Of a stretch of DNA of 61,108 bases, positions 8,805-17,293 are shown in pieces. Position numbers and translations under genes: made by a program. Numbering within the stretch: position 1 is the first letter of the stretch; each line of letters opens with the position of its first letter. Source of the DNA: Thermoplasmata archaeon. Its GTDB lineage: Archaea > Thermoplasmatota > Thermoplasmata > Lutacidiplasmatales > UBA184. Where the stretch lies: NCBI GenBank assembly GCA_030037875.1, contig JASHPV010000089.1:1-61108 (forward strand). Reading direction: 5' to 3'. A model generated the notes under the pieces. The model searched no databases and was not told the DNA's origin. It saw only the letters and a program-made list of their open reading frames with translations.

Positions 8805-9983
8805 ATGAGCAGCGCGGCCCGTCCCTCGGTCCCCCGCCCTCCGGGGAAAGACCGGCTCGTGTCCAGCGCCTTCGGCGCCGTCGACCGGCCGTACAAGGAA
8901 GCTTCCACCCTTCCCGGCTGGATGTTCTCCGACCCGGCGCTCTACGCCGAGGAGCTCCGCCGGATGTTTCATCGTACCTGGACGTGCATCGGCCGGGACG
9001 ACGAAGTGGCCGGGCCGGGTGGCTTCCGGACGGTCGACGTCGGTGGGTCGGGCGTGCTGGTCGTGCGGGACAAGGACGGGGTCTTGCGCGCCTTCCACAA
9101 CGTCTGTCGGCATCGCGGGACCCGGCTCGTGGAAGAGAACGCGGGGATGGGGCTCTCGAACATCCAGTGCCCGTACCACGCCTGGACGTACGACCTCACG
9201 GGCCAGCTGCGAGGCGCCCCCCACATGACCGGCGTCGCGAATTTCGACAAACGAGACTACGGGCTCCACCCGGTGGCCCTCGAGACGTGGCGGGGGTTCC
9301 TGTGGGTGAACCTGGACCCGAACCCGGCGCCGCTCTCCGAGCATCTGGGGGCGCTGGTCGAGCGCGCCCGGCCCTTCCCACTCGAGCGGCTCCGCCTCGC
9401 CCACCGAGTGGTCTACGAAATCGCGGCGAATTGGAAGCTCGTGGTCGAGAACGCCAACGAGTGCTACCACTGTCCGGGCGTCCACCCGCAGCTCGTCAAG
9501 ATCACCCCCTACACTTCCGGCGAGGAGGACATCCACCGGGGCCCGATCTTCGGCGGCTGGATGGACATGGTCGATGGTGCGGAGACGCTGACGGCCACCG
9601 GGAAGAGCGACCGGAAGCGATTCCCGGCGCTCTCTGCCGAGGACCTCCGCCGGGTCTACTATTACGTGCTGTTCCCGGCGAATTTCATCGCCCTGTCGAC
9701 GGACTACGTGACCATGGATTGGTTCCAGCCGCTGGGCCCCGACCGAACCCGCCTGGTCTTCGATATGTACGTCGACCGGGACGAGCCGGACCCGGCGACG
9801 GACGCCATGGACTTCTGGGAGCAGACGAACCGCCAGGATTGGCACATCTGCGAGATGGCCCACCTCGGGTCGAAGACGATCGGCTACGACCAGGGCCGGT
9901 ACAGTAACCAAGAAGACACGGTCCACGCGGTGGACCGATACTACCTCCACCGGATGGGTTTCGTCGGCGAGCCCCACGAGTAG
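8805..9983 (+). CDS. Rieske [2Fe-2S] non-heme-iron oxygenase, alpha subunit (paralogue 2)
   Basis: CRHRGTRL...CPYHAWTY and NWKLVVENANECYHCPGVHPQL. GGAGG at 8796-8800 sits 4 nt before the ATG. Confidence 0.85.
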   Translation: MSSAARPSVPRPPGKDRLVSSAFGAVDRPYKEASTLPGWMFSDPALYAEELRRMFHRTWTCIGRDDEVAGPGGFRTVDVGGSGVLVVRDKDGVLRAFHNVCRHRGTRLVEENAGMGLSNIQCPYHAWTYDLTGQLRGAPHMTGVANFDKRDYGLHPVALETWRGFLWVNLDPNPAPLSEHLGALVERARPFPLERLRLAHRVVYEIAANWKLVVENANECYHCPGVHPQLVKITPYTSGEEDIHRGPIFGGWMDMVDGAETLTATGKSDRKRFPALSAEDLRRVYYYVLFPANFIALSTDYVTMDWFQPLGPDRTRLVFDMYVDRDEPDPATDAMDFWEQTNRQDWHICEMAHLGSKTIGYDQGRYSNQEDTVHAVDRYYLHRMGFVGEPHE

Positions 9984-10031
9984 AACGGAGACCCTCGGAG
10001 AAGGAATCCCCGGGGTCCCAGGAGTCCCACC

Positions 10032-11621
10032 GTGGCCGAGTTCGATGCGATCGTGATCGGCGCGGGGCACAACGGCCTCGTCACCGCCGGGTACCTGTCC
10101 CGGGCCGGGGCCCGAGTGTTGGTCCTCGAGAAGCGGGGGATCGTCGGGGGCGCCTGCGTGACGGAGGAACCGTGGCCGGGGTTCAAGCTCAGCACGTTCG
10201 GCTATGCGGCCGGCCTGCTGCGACCGAAAATCGTCGAGGAGTTGGAGCTCAAACGGTTCGGCTACCACCCGATCCTCTGCGACCCGCAGGGATTCTCGCC
10301 GTTTCCCGATGGACGTTCACTGACCCTTTGGCTGGACGACGAGAAGACCCAGCAGGAGATCGCCCGTTTCTCGAAGCGGGACGCCGCCGCGTATCCCAAG
10401 TACGTGGCCTGGTGGGACGACATCCTGGACCAGATCGAGCCGATCTTGCTAGCGCCGCCGGTACCGTTGGGAGAGATGCTCAGCTCGTGGAAGGGAGGTG
10501 ACCCGCAACAGCTTCTCAAGGACCTGTTCCTCCAGAGCGCGTCCGATCTTCTTGACGGGTGGTTCGAATCGGAGGAGCTCAAGGGCCTCATGGCCTCGTC
10601 ATCGATCATCGGCACGTTTGCCGGTCCGAGGACGCCGGGCACGGCGTACATTCTAGCGCATAACGAGCTCGGGTACCTGGACGGCCACCGTCGAATCTGG
10701 GGGCTCGCCCAGGGCGGGATGGGAGGGATCACGCAGGCGATGGCCCGGGCCGCGACCCACTATGGGGCGCAGATCCGAACCAACGCGGGTGTTCGGCAGA
10801 TCCTCGTGGAAGGGGGTCGTGCCGTCGGGGTACTGACCGACTCCGGCGAAGTCCATCGGGCACCGACTGTCATCTCCTCGCTTGACCTGAAGCAGACGTT
10901 CCTGCGACTTGTTCCGGAGGAGGCCGTGGACCTTGGCTTCCGCCTCCGGGTGAAGAAGATCCGGAGCGAGGGGGCCTGTCTCAAGTTCAACGCCGCGCTG
11001 GACCGATTGCCGCGCTACACCGCGGCCCCGGACCCGTCCCGTCTATCGGGGTCGCTGGATATCGCGCCGTCGGTGGACTATCTCGAGCGGGCGTTCGACG
11101 AAGCGAAGTACGGCCAATTCTCGAGCCGCCCCTACATCGATATCTACCATCAGAGCCTCCTCGACCCATCGGTGGCGCCACCGGGGAAGCACACGATGTC
11201 GTGCTTCGTCCAGTATGCCCCGACGGAGCTCCGGGGGATGGATTGGAGCGAGGCCCGGTCGCAAGTTGCCGAGACCGTTCTCGATACGCTCCAGGAGTAC
11301 GCCCCGGACATCCGCGAGACCGTGCTCCACTGGCAGGTCGTGACTCCGCAGGACATCGAAAACATCCTGGGGATGACCGGCGGCAACATCGACCAGGGTG
11401 ACATCACCCCGGACCAGCTCTTCTCGTTCCGTCCGATCCCGGGGTGGACGTCGTATCGGACCCCCCTCCCCGGGCTCTACCTCTGCGGTTGCGCCACGCA
11501 TCCGGGGGGAGGCGTTCTAGGGGCTCCGGGCCACAATGCGGCTCAGGTGATCTTGTCCGATTGGGAAGCCACAGGGGGAGGGTCGGCCCCTCCTCCGGCT
11601 AGTCAGTCGGCCCGGCCGTAG
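10032..11621 (+). CDS. FAD-dependent oxidoreductase, phytoene-desaturase/PYROXD2-like (paralogue 3)
   Basis: GTG start. FDAIVIGAGHNGLVTAGYL..LEKRGIVGGACVTEEPWPGFKLSTFGYAAGLLRPKIVEELEL. Colinear with paralogues 1 and 2. Confidence 0.85.
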   Translation: MAEFDAIVIGAGHNGLVTAGYLSRAGARVLVLEKRGIVGGACVTEEPWPGFKLSTFGYAAGLLRPKIVEELELKRFGYHPILCDPQGFSPFPDGRSLTLWLDDEKTQQEIARFSKRDAAAYPKYVAWWDDILDQIEPILLAPPVPLGEMLSSWKGGDPQQLLKDLFLQSASDLLDGWFESEELKGLMASSSIIGTFAGPRTPGTAYILAHNELGYLDGHRRIWGLAQGGMGGITQAMARAATHYGAQIRTNAGVRQILVEGGRAVGVLTDSGEVHRAPTVISSLDLKQTFLRLVPEEAVDLGFRLRVKKIRSEGACLKFNAALDRLPRYTAAPDPSRLSGSLDIAPSVDYLERAFDEAKYGQFSSRPYIDIYHQSLLDPSVAPPGKHTMSCFVQYAPTELRGMDWSEARSQVAETVLDTLQEYAPDIRETVLHWQVVTPQDIENILGMTGGNIDQGDITPDQLFSFRPIPGWTSYRTPLPGLYLCGCATHPGGGVLGAPGHNAAQVILSDWEATGGGSAPPPASQSARP

Positions 11622-11716
11622 GCCTTCGCTCGGAGTCGGCCCCCAAGGGGGGTTTGATAGGCTATATCAAGGGGGGCTGGATAGCACTCGAACCGGTCCC
11701 GGACGCCGCCGTCACC

Positions 11717-13630
11717 ATGGAACCAAAGTGGCTCAGGGTTTCTGCCGTCGTTGTCGCGGTGCTGACTGCGGCGTCGGCCTACGGCGTGTACAATTACTAC
11801 TCCAGCGCCGCCGCCACCGGTTGCGGCCTTCAAAGCACGAACCCTCTGATCTTCGACCAGGCCGAGCAGGTCCACACTCTCGACCCGCAGTGGGCCTATT
11901 CGACCCCCGACTGGGGCGCCGCGCAGCAGGTCTACCAGGCCCTCATCCTGTACAACCAGTCCGACACCATTCAGTTTGACGGGCAGCTTGCCAAGAACTG
12001 GACAAATTCCTCCAACGGGCTGCACTGGAACTTCACCCTCTGGCCGGACGTGCACTTCTCGAACGGTGACCCGTTCAATGCCTACGTGATGTGGTACTCC
12101 CTCTACCGGACCCTCGCCATGTACGGGGCCGACCAGTACCTCCTGGACGAGAACTTCTGGCTGCCGAATGATTGGTACAACAACCCCAACACCACCTATA
12201 CGGACCAAGCGGAACAAAGCCTCCTTTGGGACCTCAACAACTTCAACTTCACGGACCCCAGCAGTGGCCCGGCCAACGAGACCGCGACGCTCTACGCGTC
12301 GAATCAGTCGTTCCAGGTCCTCAACGAGTACGAGATCGAGCTGAACCTCGGAGATGGATACATCGACACCAACTACACGCAGCCGGTGGCGTACACCTAC
12401 CTGCTCGCCGAGATATCCTCCGTCGGCGCGGATGCCGTCGACCCGATCGTCATCGACGCCCATGGCGGAGTGACCGAGGCCGTGAACGAGTGGATGGAGA
12501 ACCACATGGTCGGTACCGGGCCATTTGTCCTGGAACTTTGGAGCCCGGGCAACAGCATTTCATTCAAACCGAGCCCCAACTACTGGGCGGCGGAGGGCAG
12601 CCCCTCCCCGGCCTCCACCGAGCCGTGGAACAACAACCTCCAGCCCGCGAAGACGGCGTTCGAGATCAGCTTCCAGGAAGACCCGTCGATCAACATCCAA
12701 AACCTCCGGAGCGGCGCCTCGGCCGGTGCGTCGTTCGCGTTCCTGGGTCCGGGCACGATCAGCGCGCTCCAGGGCGACACCTGTTTGGAGGTGAAACCCC
12801 TATCCCTCTCCTACTCCGTCGCGAACGGTGGCTGGTGGATCTACATGAACCAGTCCTACGCTCCGTTCAACAATCTGACCGTCCGGGACGCGATCGCCCA
12901 CGCCATCAACATCTCCTACATCGATAACGTGGCCTTTGGTGGCTGGGCCTCCCAGTGGGTCGGCCCTGTGCCGCCGGGGTATCCCGGGTATGACCCCAAC
13001 AATCTGACTCCGTACAAGTTCGACCCGACGCTCGCGAAGCAGCTCATGGCCCAGTCTCCCTGGCCGCATGGGTTCAACACCGCCGCCACTGCGCTCCCGT
13101 TCGTCTACGTGGGCCCGAGTCCGGACTGGGATACGGCGATGACCTTCGTCGCCCAGAATCTGTCCAGCATCGGGATCTACATCACGCCGATCGCGCTGAA
13201 TCTCCCCACGTACTACACGGAACAAGGGTTCGACCTGACCACCGGGCTCTGCATCGCCCAGGAGCATCTCAATGGAGGGCCGTTCGAGATCGGGATGGAG
13301 TTCTACTCCTCCGATTGGATCGCGCCGGACGACTGGACGCTCAACAACGTGTGGACGTATGGTTCCGCCAACCAGTGCATGGGAGGGTACTCGAACGCCA
13401 CGATGGACGCGCTGGCGATCCAGGCCGCGGGCGAGCACAACGAGGCGAAATTCCTCCAGGACTACGCCACGATGACCCAGACGATGTACTACAACTACAC
13501 CGACGTCTGGTTCAACGTCCCGACCCTCTTCGCGGTCTACAACAAGAACGTCGGGGGTCTCTTCCCGAACCCGATCGGGAGCTGCTTGCCCGCGTGGAAC
13601 CTCGAGTGCAACACTGAATACGCCACTTGA
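11717..13630 (+). CDS. ABC transporter substrate-binding protein, family 5 (peptide/nickel/opine type), membrane-anchored
   Basis: ATG 11717 gives MEPKWLRVSAVVVAVLTAASAYG as a signal anchor. LAKNWTNSSNGLHWNFTLWPDVHFSNGDPFNAYVMWYS is typical of SBP family 5. The track ORF starts at an upstream TTG (11654). Confidence 0.8.
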   Translation: MEPKWLRVSAVVVAVLTAASAYGVYNYYSSAAATGCGLQSTNPLIFDQAEQVHTLDPQWAYSTPDWGAAQQVYQALILYNQSDTIQFDGQLAKNWTNSSNGLHWNFTLWPDVHFSNGDPFNAYVMWYSLYRTLAMYGADQYLLDENFWLPNDWYNNPNTTYTDQAEQSLLWDLNNFNFTDPSSGPANETATLYASNQSFQVLNEYEIELNLGDGYIDTNYTQPVAYTYLLAEISSVGADAVDPIVIDAHGGVTEAVNEWMENHMVGTGPFVLELWSPGNSISFKPSPNYWAAEGSPSPASTEPWNNNLQPAKTAFEISFQEDPSINIQNLRSGASAGASFAFLGPGTISALQGDTCLEVKPLSLSYSVANGGWWIYMNQSYAPFNNLTVRDAIAHAINISYIDNVAFGGWASQWVGPVPPGYPGYDPNNLTPYKFDPTLAKQLMAQSPWPHGFNTAATALPFVYVGPSPDWDTAMTFVAQNLSSIGIYITPIALNLPTYYTEQGFDLTTGLCIAQEHLNGGPFEIGMEFYSSDWIAPDDWTLNNVWTYGSANQCMGGYSNATMDALAIQAAGEHNEAKFLQDYATMTQTMYYNYTDVWFNVPTLFAVYNKNVGGLFPNPIGSCLPAWNLECNTEYAT

Positions 13631-13636
13631 TCCCGT

Positions 13637-13661
13637 TCGCCCCGGGCCCTCCCCGGGGCGA
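13637..13661 (+). terminator. GC-rich hairpin just after the SBP stop codon
   Basis: TCGCCCCGGG (13637-13646) pairs with CCCGGGGCGA (13652-13661) around a 5-nt loop. No T-tract follows, so the terminator role is uncertain. Confidence 0.3.
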
Positions 13662-13853
13662 GATAATCCCTCAGCGGGGCCGATAGGTTAAAGGGGGCCG
13701 CCGGTCCCCCGCGCGCAGGGGTTCGGTACTATTCCCACCCAAGGTGCGAAAGTCGTCCAAATCGGTTGCGGAGCCGTCGGACAAGTCATCGCTCGCCATC
13801 TCGCGGAAAGCTCGGCCATTCGGGAGCTGGCGCTTGCCGACCTGGACGGGCCG

Positions 13854-14927
13854 TTGGCCCAGACAGTAGCCCGGGGACTCCCAGGCGGCCGGGCCACCGG
13901 CGTCGCGATCGATGCCGGGGATGCCTCGGCCGTCGCTTCGTTCGTGAAGGGCGCCGACGTCCTCGTCAATGCCAGCCTTCCCCGGTTCAACAATACCCTC
14001 ATGACGGCCGCCCGCGAAGGCCACGCCGCGTACATCGACCTCGCCTCGGCCTCCAGCGACCCGTTCGTCGACGATGCCAAGTGGAAGGCCGCGGGCGTTC
14101 CCGCAATCATCGCGATGGGGGAGGACCCGGGACTGAGCAACGTGTTCGCTCGGTACGGCGCGGACCAGATGGACTCGGTCGATGCGATCCGGATCCGCGA
14201 TGGCGACACCGCGTCGAGCCCGGACTTTCCGTTCATCTGCCTGTTCAGCCCGGAGACCTTCATCGGAGAGACCCTGAATTCGTCGCGCATCTGGAGGAAC
14301 GGAGCGTACAGCGTCGTGCCGCCCTTCGGCGAGTTCGAGCAGTACGCCTTCCCGCCGCCGGTGGGGCCCCAGCCGGTCTACGAGGTCGATCATGAGGAGG
14401 TCGACACCCTCCCGCGGTACATCGGGAAAGGGGTCCAGTACGTCGATTTCAAGCTCGCGCTCGACGACCGGACGGTCCGGGTACTTCGCACATTCCAGGA
14501 CCTCCAGATCTTCGGGAACGACCGGCCGGACCGCGTGGCGGCCCGAAAGGCGATTCTCAACGTCATCCCGAAACCCGCGGACCTCACGGGCAAGGTCGAC
14601 GGCTCGGCAGCGCTCGTGGTCGAAGTGGACGGCTTGAAGGACGGCCACCATCGGCGCCTCCGGTTGTCGACGTTGATCAGCCACCGGGACGCCGCGAGCA
14701 AGTACGGCGCGACGGGAACGGCCTATCTGACCGGGACCGGGGGCGCAGTCGGAGCGCTGCTGTTGGCGACCGGCCAGGTCCGCGCGCCCGGGATGCACTC
14801 GCCCGAGACGCTCGACCCCGCCCCGTTCCTTCCCCTCTTGGCCGAACGCGGGGTCGCCGTCCACGAGGAGCGGCTCCCGGAGAAGGCGTCGTCCCGCAGG
14901 CAGGCGAGGAAGTCCCGGAAGCGCTAG
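13854..14927 (+). CDS. Saccharopine-dehydrogenase-like NAD(P)-binding oxidoreductase (N-terminus unresolved)
   Basis: VLVNASLPRFNNTLMTAAREGHAAYIDLAS and downstream Sacchrp_dh-like regions. The in-frame upstream sequence (13749-13853) encodes the expected Rossmann motif KVVQIGCGAVGQVIARHL but has no canonical start (see finding). Confidence 0.75.
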   Translation: MAQTVARGLPGGRATGVAIDAGDASAVASFVKGADVLVNASLPRFNNTLMTAAREGHAAYIDLASASSDPFVDDAKWKAAGVPAIIAMGEDPGLSNVFARYGADQMDSVDAIRIRDGDTASSPDFPFICLFSPETFIGETLNSSRIWRNGAYSVVPPFGEFEQYAFPPPVGPQPVYEVDHEEVDTLPRYIGKGVQYVDFKLALDDRTVRVLRTFQDLQIFGNDRPDRVAARKAILNVIPKPADLTGKVDGSAALVVEVDGLKDGHHRRLRLSTLISHRDAASKYGATGTAYLTGTGGAVGALLLATGQVRAPGMHSPETLDPAPFLPLLAERGVAVHEERLPEKASSRRQARKSRKR

Positions 14928-14952
14928 CCCCTCCGGTCGGGCCGAGAGCGGT

Positions 14953-16005
14953 TCACGACGTCGGGGCCGCGGAGCCCTTCCCGATCTCGCCGGCCGAGGC
15001 GGCGGTGACCGCCAGGGCTCTACGGCTCCGGGGGTCGAGGATATCGCGGAGCCCGTCTCCGAGGAGACTGAACGCCAGGACCGTCACGAAGACGGCTAGC
15101 GCGGTGAAGAGCGTGGGCCACGCGTCGAACGCGAGGTCGGCCTGGTACGAGGAGATCATGGAACCCCACTCCGCGGTGCCCGGGGTGAACCCAATGCCCA
15201 GGAACGTGATCGTCGAGAAGGTGATCAGCACGCTCCCGACATCGAGCGTGTAGTACACGATCAAGGGCTCGGTGATGTTCCGGATGATATGGCGGAAAAG
15301 GATCCCCCGGTCCGAGAGTCCCGCGGCCTTGGCGGCGACGATGAAGGGCGCTCCCTTCACCGCCAGCACCTCCCCGCGCACGAGGCGAACATAGAACGGC
15401 CACCACGTGGCCGCGATCGCGAACAGCACGACGGTGAACCCTCGTCCCAGAACCTCCGCGATCGCCAGCGCGAGCACGAGACTCGGGAAGGCCAGGAAAA
15501 TGTCCGTCACCCGTAGGATGACGACGGAGACGAGTCCTCCCGCGGTCCCCGGGGTGTCCCAGAACCCGGCGATGAGCCCGAGGATCCCCCCGACCGCGAG
15601 TGAGAAGAGTGTGATGCTGAGCCCGATGCTCAGGTCGATCGGCGTCGCAGCAAGAACCCTCGAGAAGACGTCCCGACCGGCCTCGTCGGTGCCGAACGGA
15701 TGGGCGAAGGACGGAGGGAGGTACTTGTTTCCGGAGGGGATGATGATGGAATACGGGACGATCGTCGTGGGGTGACCGATGAGCCCCGACAGGAGCGGCA
15801 CCAGCCAGACGAGGAGACCGGTGATGCAGATGATCGCCACGATGACGAACCCTATCAGTGTGAGCGGGTTCGCCTTCAGTACGGCGTATAGGGTCGCCCA
15901 TTGGTCCCGTCGGGAGGCCCGACGGTGGACGGCGGCCTCGATCGCTGCAGCGAGCTCTTCCCGGCTCTTCGGAGATTCCGCCGAAAGGTCGCCCGGCTCC
16001 GCCAT
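14953..16005 (-). CDS. ABC transporter permease (DppC/OppC-like)
   Basis: Multi-TM protein with FIVAAKAAGLSDRGILFRHIIRNITEPL (EAA-loop region). The start abuts the stop of the upstream permease. Confidence 0.9.
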   Translation of the reverse strand: MAEPGDLSAESPKSREELAAAIEAAVHRRASRRDQWATLYAVLKANPLTLIGFVIVAIICITGLLVWLVPLLSGLIGHPTTIVPYSIIIPSGNKYLPPSFAHPFGTDEAGRDVFSRVLAATPIDLSIGLSITLFSLAVGGILGLIAGFWDTPGTAGGLVSVVILRVTDIFLAFPSLVLALAIAEVLGRGFTVVLFAIAATWWPFYVRLVRGEVLAVKGAPFIVAAKAAGLSDRGILFRHIIRNITEPLIVYYTLDVGSVLITFSTITFLGIGFTPGTAEWGSMISSYQADLAFDAWPTLFTALAVFVTVLAFSLLGDGLRDILDPRSRRALAVTAASAGEIGKGSAAPTS

Positions 16006-17028
16006 CTAGCGCCACTCCACCCGCGGGTCAAGGACGCCGTACAGTATGTCGGCCGCCAGGTTCGCTACGACGACCCCGATCGAGAACACGATCACGGTTC
16101 CCACGACGCCGGTGAAGTCGTAGCTCTCGATCGATTCGTACGCGTAGTATCCGATACCGGGCCATTGGAAGATCTCCTCGATGACGACCGTTCCCGAGAG
16201 CAGATAGCCGGCGGTGAGCCCGAGCACCGTGACAGTGGTGATCAGCGCGTTTCGCAGGGCGTGCTTGTACAGAACCCAGACCTCGGTGAGTCCCTTCATC
16301 CGCGCGGTGCGCACGTATTCCAGGGGCAGCACCTCGAGCATGGAGGCCCGGGTCATCCGGGTCGCGATTCCGAGGTTAAAGAACGCCAGCGCGATGGCGG
16401 GCAGCGACAGGTGCTCGAGGGCGTTGAGGGTCCATGGAATGTTACCGGCGATCAATGCGTCGACCACCGACATGTGAGTGTACTGAGGGAACGGAGGGGT
16501 TCCCGTGAACGCCCCCGTCGGAGCGATATGGAGCGCCGGAGCAACGAGGATGGCGAGAACCAGCCCTCCTACGTAGGTCGGCACGGCCCAGCCACTCAGG
16601 TAGAACACCCGGACCAGGTGGTCGGCCCAGCGGCCGTTGCTGTTCGCCGCGATGACGCCAAGCGGGATGCCGACGACCACCATCAAGAACAGCGCCGCGA
16701 TGACGAGCTCGAACGTGGCGGGGAAGTACTCCCCGATGAGGGTCAGGACCGGTTGCTGGTTCACCTGGTCTATGCCCCAGTTCCCCGTCAGCAAGGTCTC
16801 GAGGTACTGGTACAGCTGAACGTAGATCGGGTGGTTCAGCCCGAAGAACGATACGCAATGCTCGTACGCGAGCTTCCCCGCGTGGGGCCCGACCCACGCG
16901 ATACAGGGGTTCGACGTCGAAAGATGGCTAACGACGAAGGTAACGACGATGGCACCGAACAGCACGAGCGCCAGTTGGACCATGCGCTTGGCGATGAACA
17001 CGACCAGGTCGCTGAGGCTGCGTCCCAC
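16006..17028 (-). CDS. ABC transporter permease (DppB/OppB-like)
   Basis: GTG start. FIAKRMVQLALVLFG N-terminus and YVRTARMKGLTEVWVLYKHALRNALI. Confidence 0.9.
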   Translation of the reverse strand: MGRSLSDLVVFIAKRMVQLALVLFGAIVVTFVVSHLSTSNPCIAWVGPHAGKLAYEHCVSFFGLNHPIYVQLYQYLETLLTGNWGIDQVNQQPVLTLIGEYFPATFELVIAALFLMVVVGIPLGVIAANSNGRWADHLVRVFYLSGWAVPTYVGGLVLAILVAPALHIAPTGAFTGTPPFPQYTHMSVVDALIAGNIPWTLNALEHLSLPAIALAFFNLGIATRMTRASMLEVLPLEYVRTARMKGLTEVWVLYKHALRNALITTVTVLGLTAGYLLSGTVVIEEIFQWPGIGYYAYESIESYDFTGVVGTVIVFSIGVVVANLAADILYGVLDPRVEWR

Positions 17029-17204
17029 TGGTACCCCCCCGGCCGACGCCGACCGTTCGGTAGCGTCGGTTAGGGCTACGCCTCGAAAGTCCGCTGACTA
17101 CAAATAAGCCCCGACGGGCACTTGTTGAGGCCTGGCGTTCGAGGCAAGTTCACGCCGTTCGGACTGAGGCTATTTCGCGTTCGCCGAACGAGCCCCCGCG
17201 GCGC

Positions 17205-17293
17205 CCGGTTTATGGCGTCTGTCGCGAACGCCCGTCGTGAGCTCGTCGTACGGTTCGACGGCCCGTGAAACGGCAGGGTGCGCCGGTTTATGG
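17205..17293. repeat. Two copies of CCGGTTTATGG, 78 nt apart
   Basis: Copies at 17205-17215 and 17283-17293. Extended match GCGCC(C)GGTTTATGG. The second copy overlaps the aminotransferase stop codon. Confidence 0.4.

Noticed and set aside
8235-10268. 677-aa ORF on the minus strand spanning both Rieske genes
   Set aside because: It is an antisense shadow ORF of GC-rich coding DNA. The composition is Arg/Pro/Gly/Val-rich and low in complexity, with no motifs. The plus-strand ORFs carry clear Rieske and catalytic motifs.
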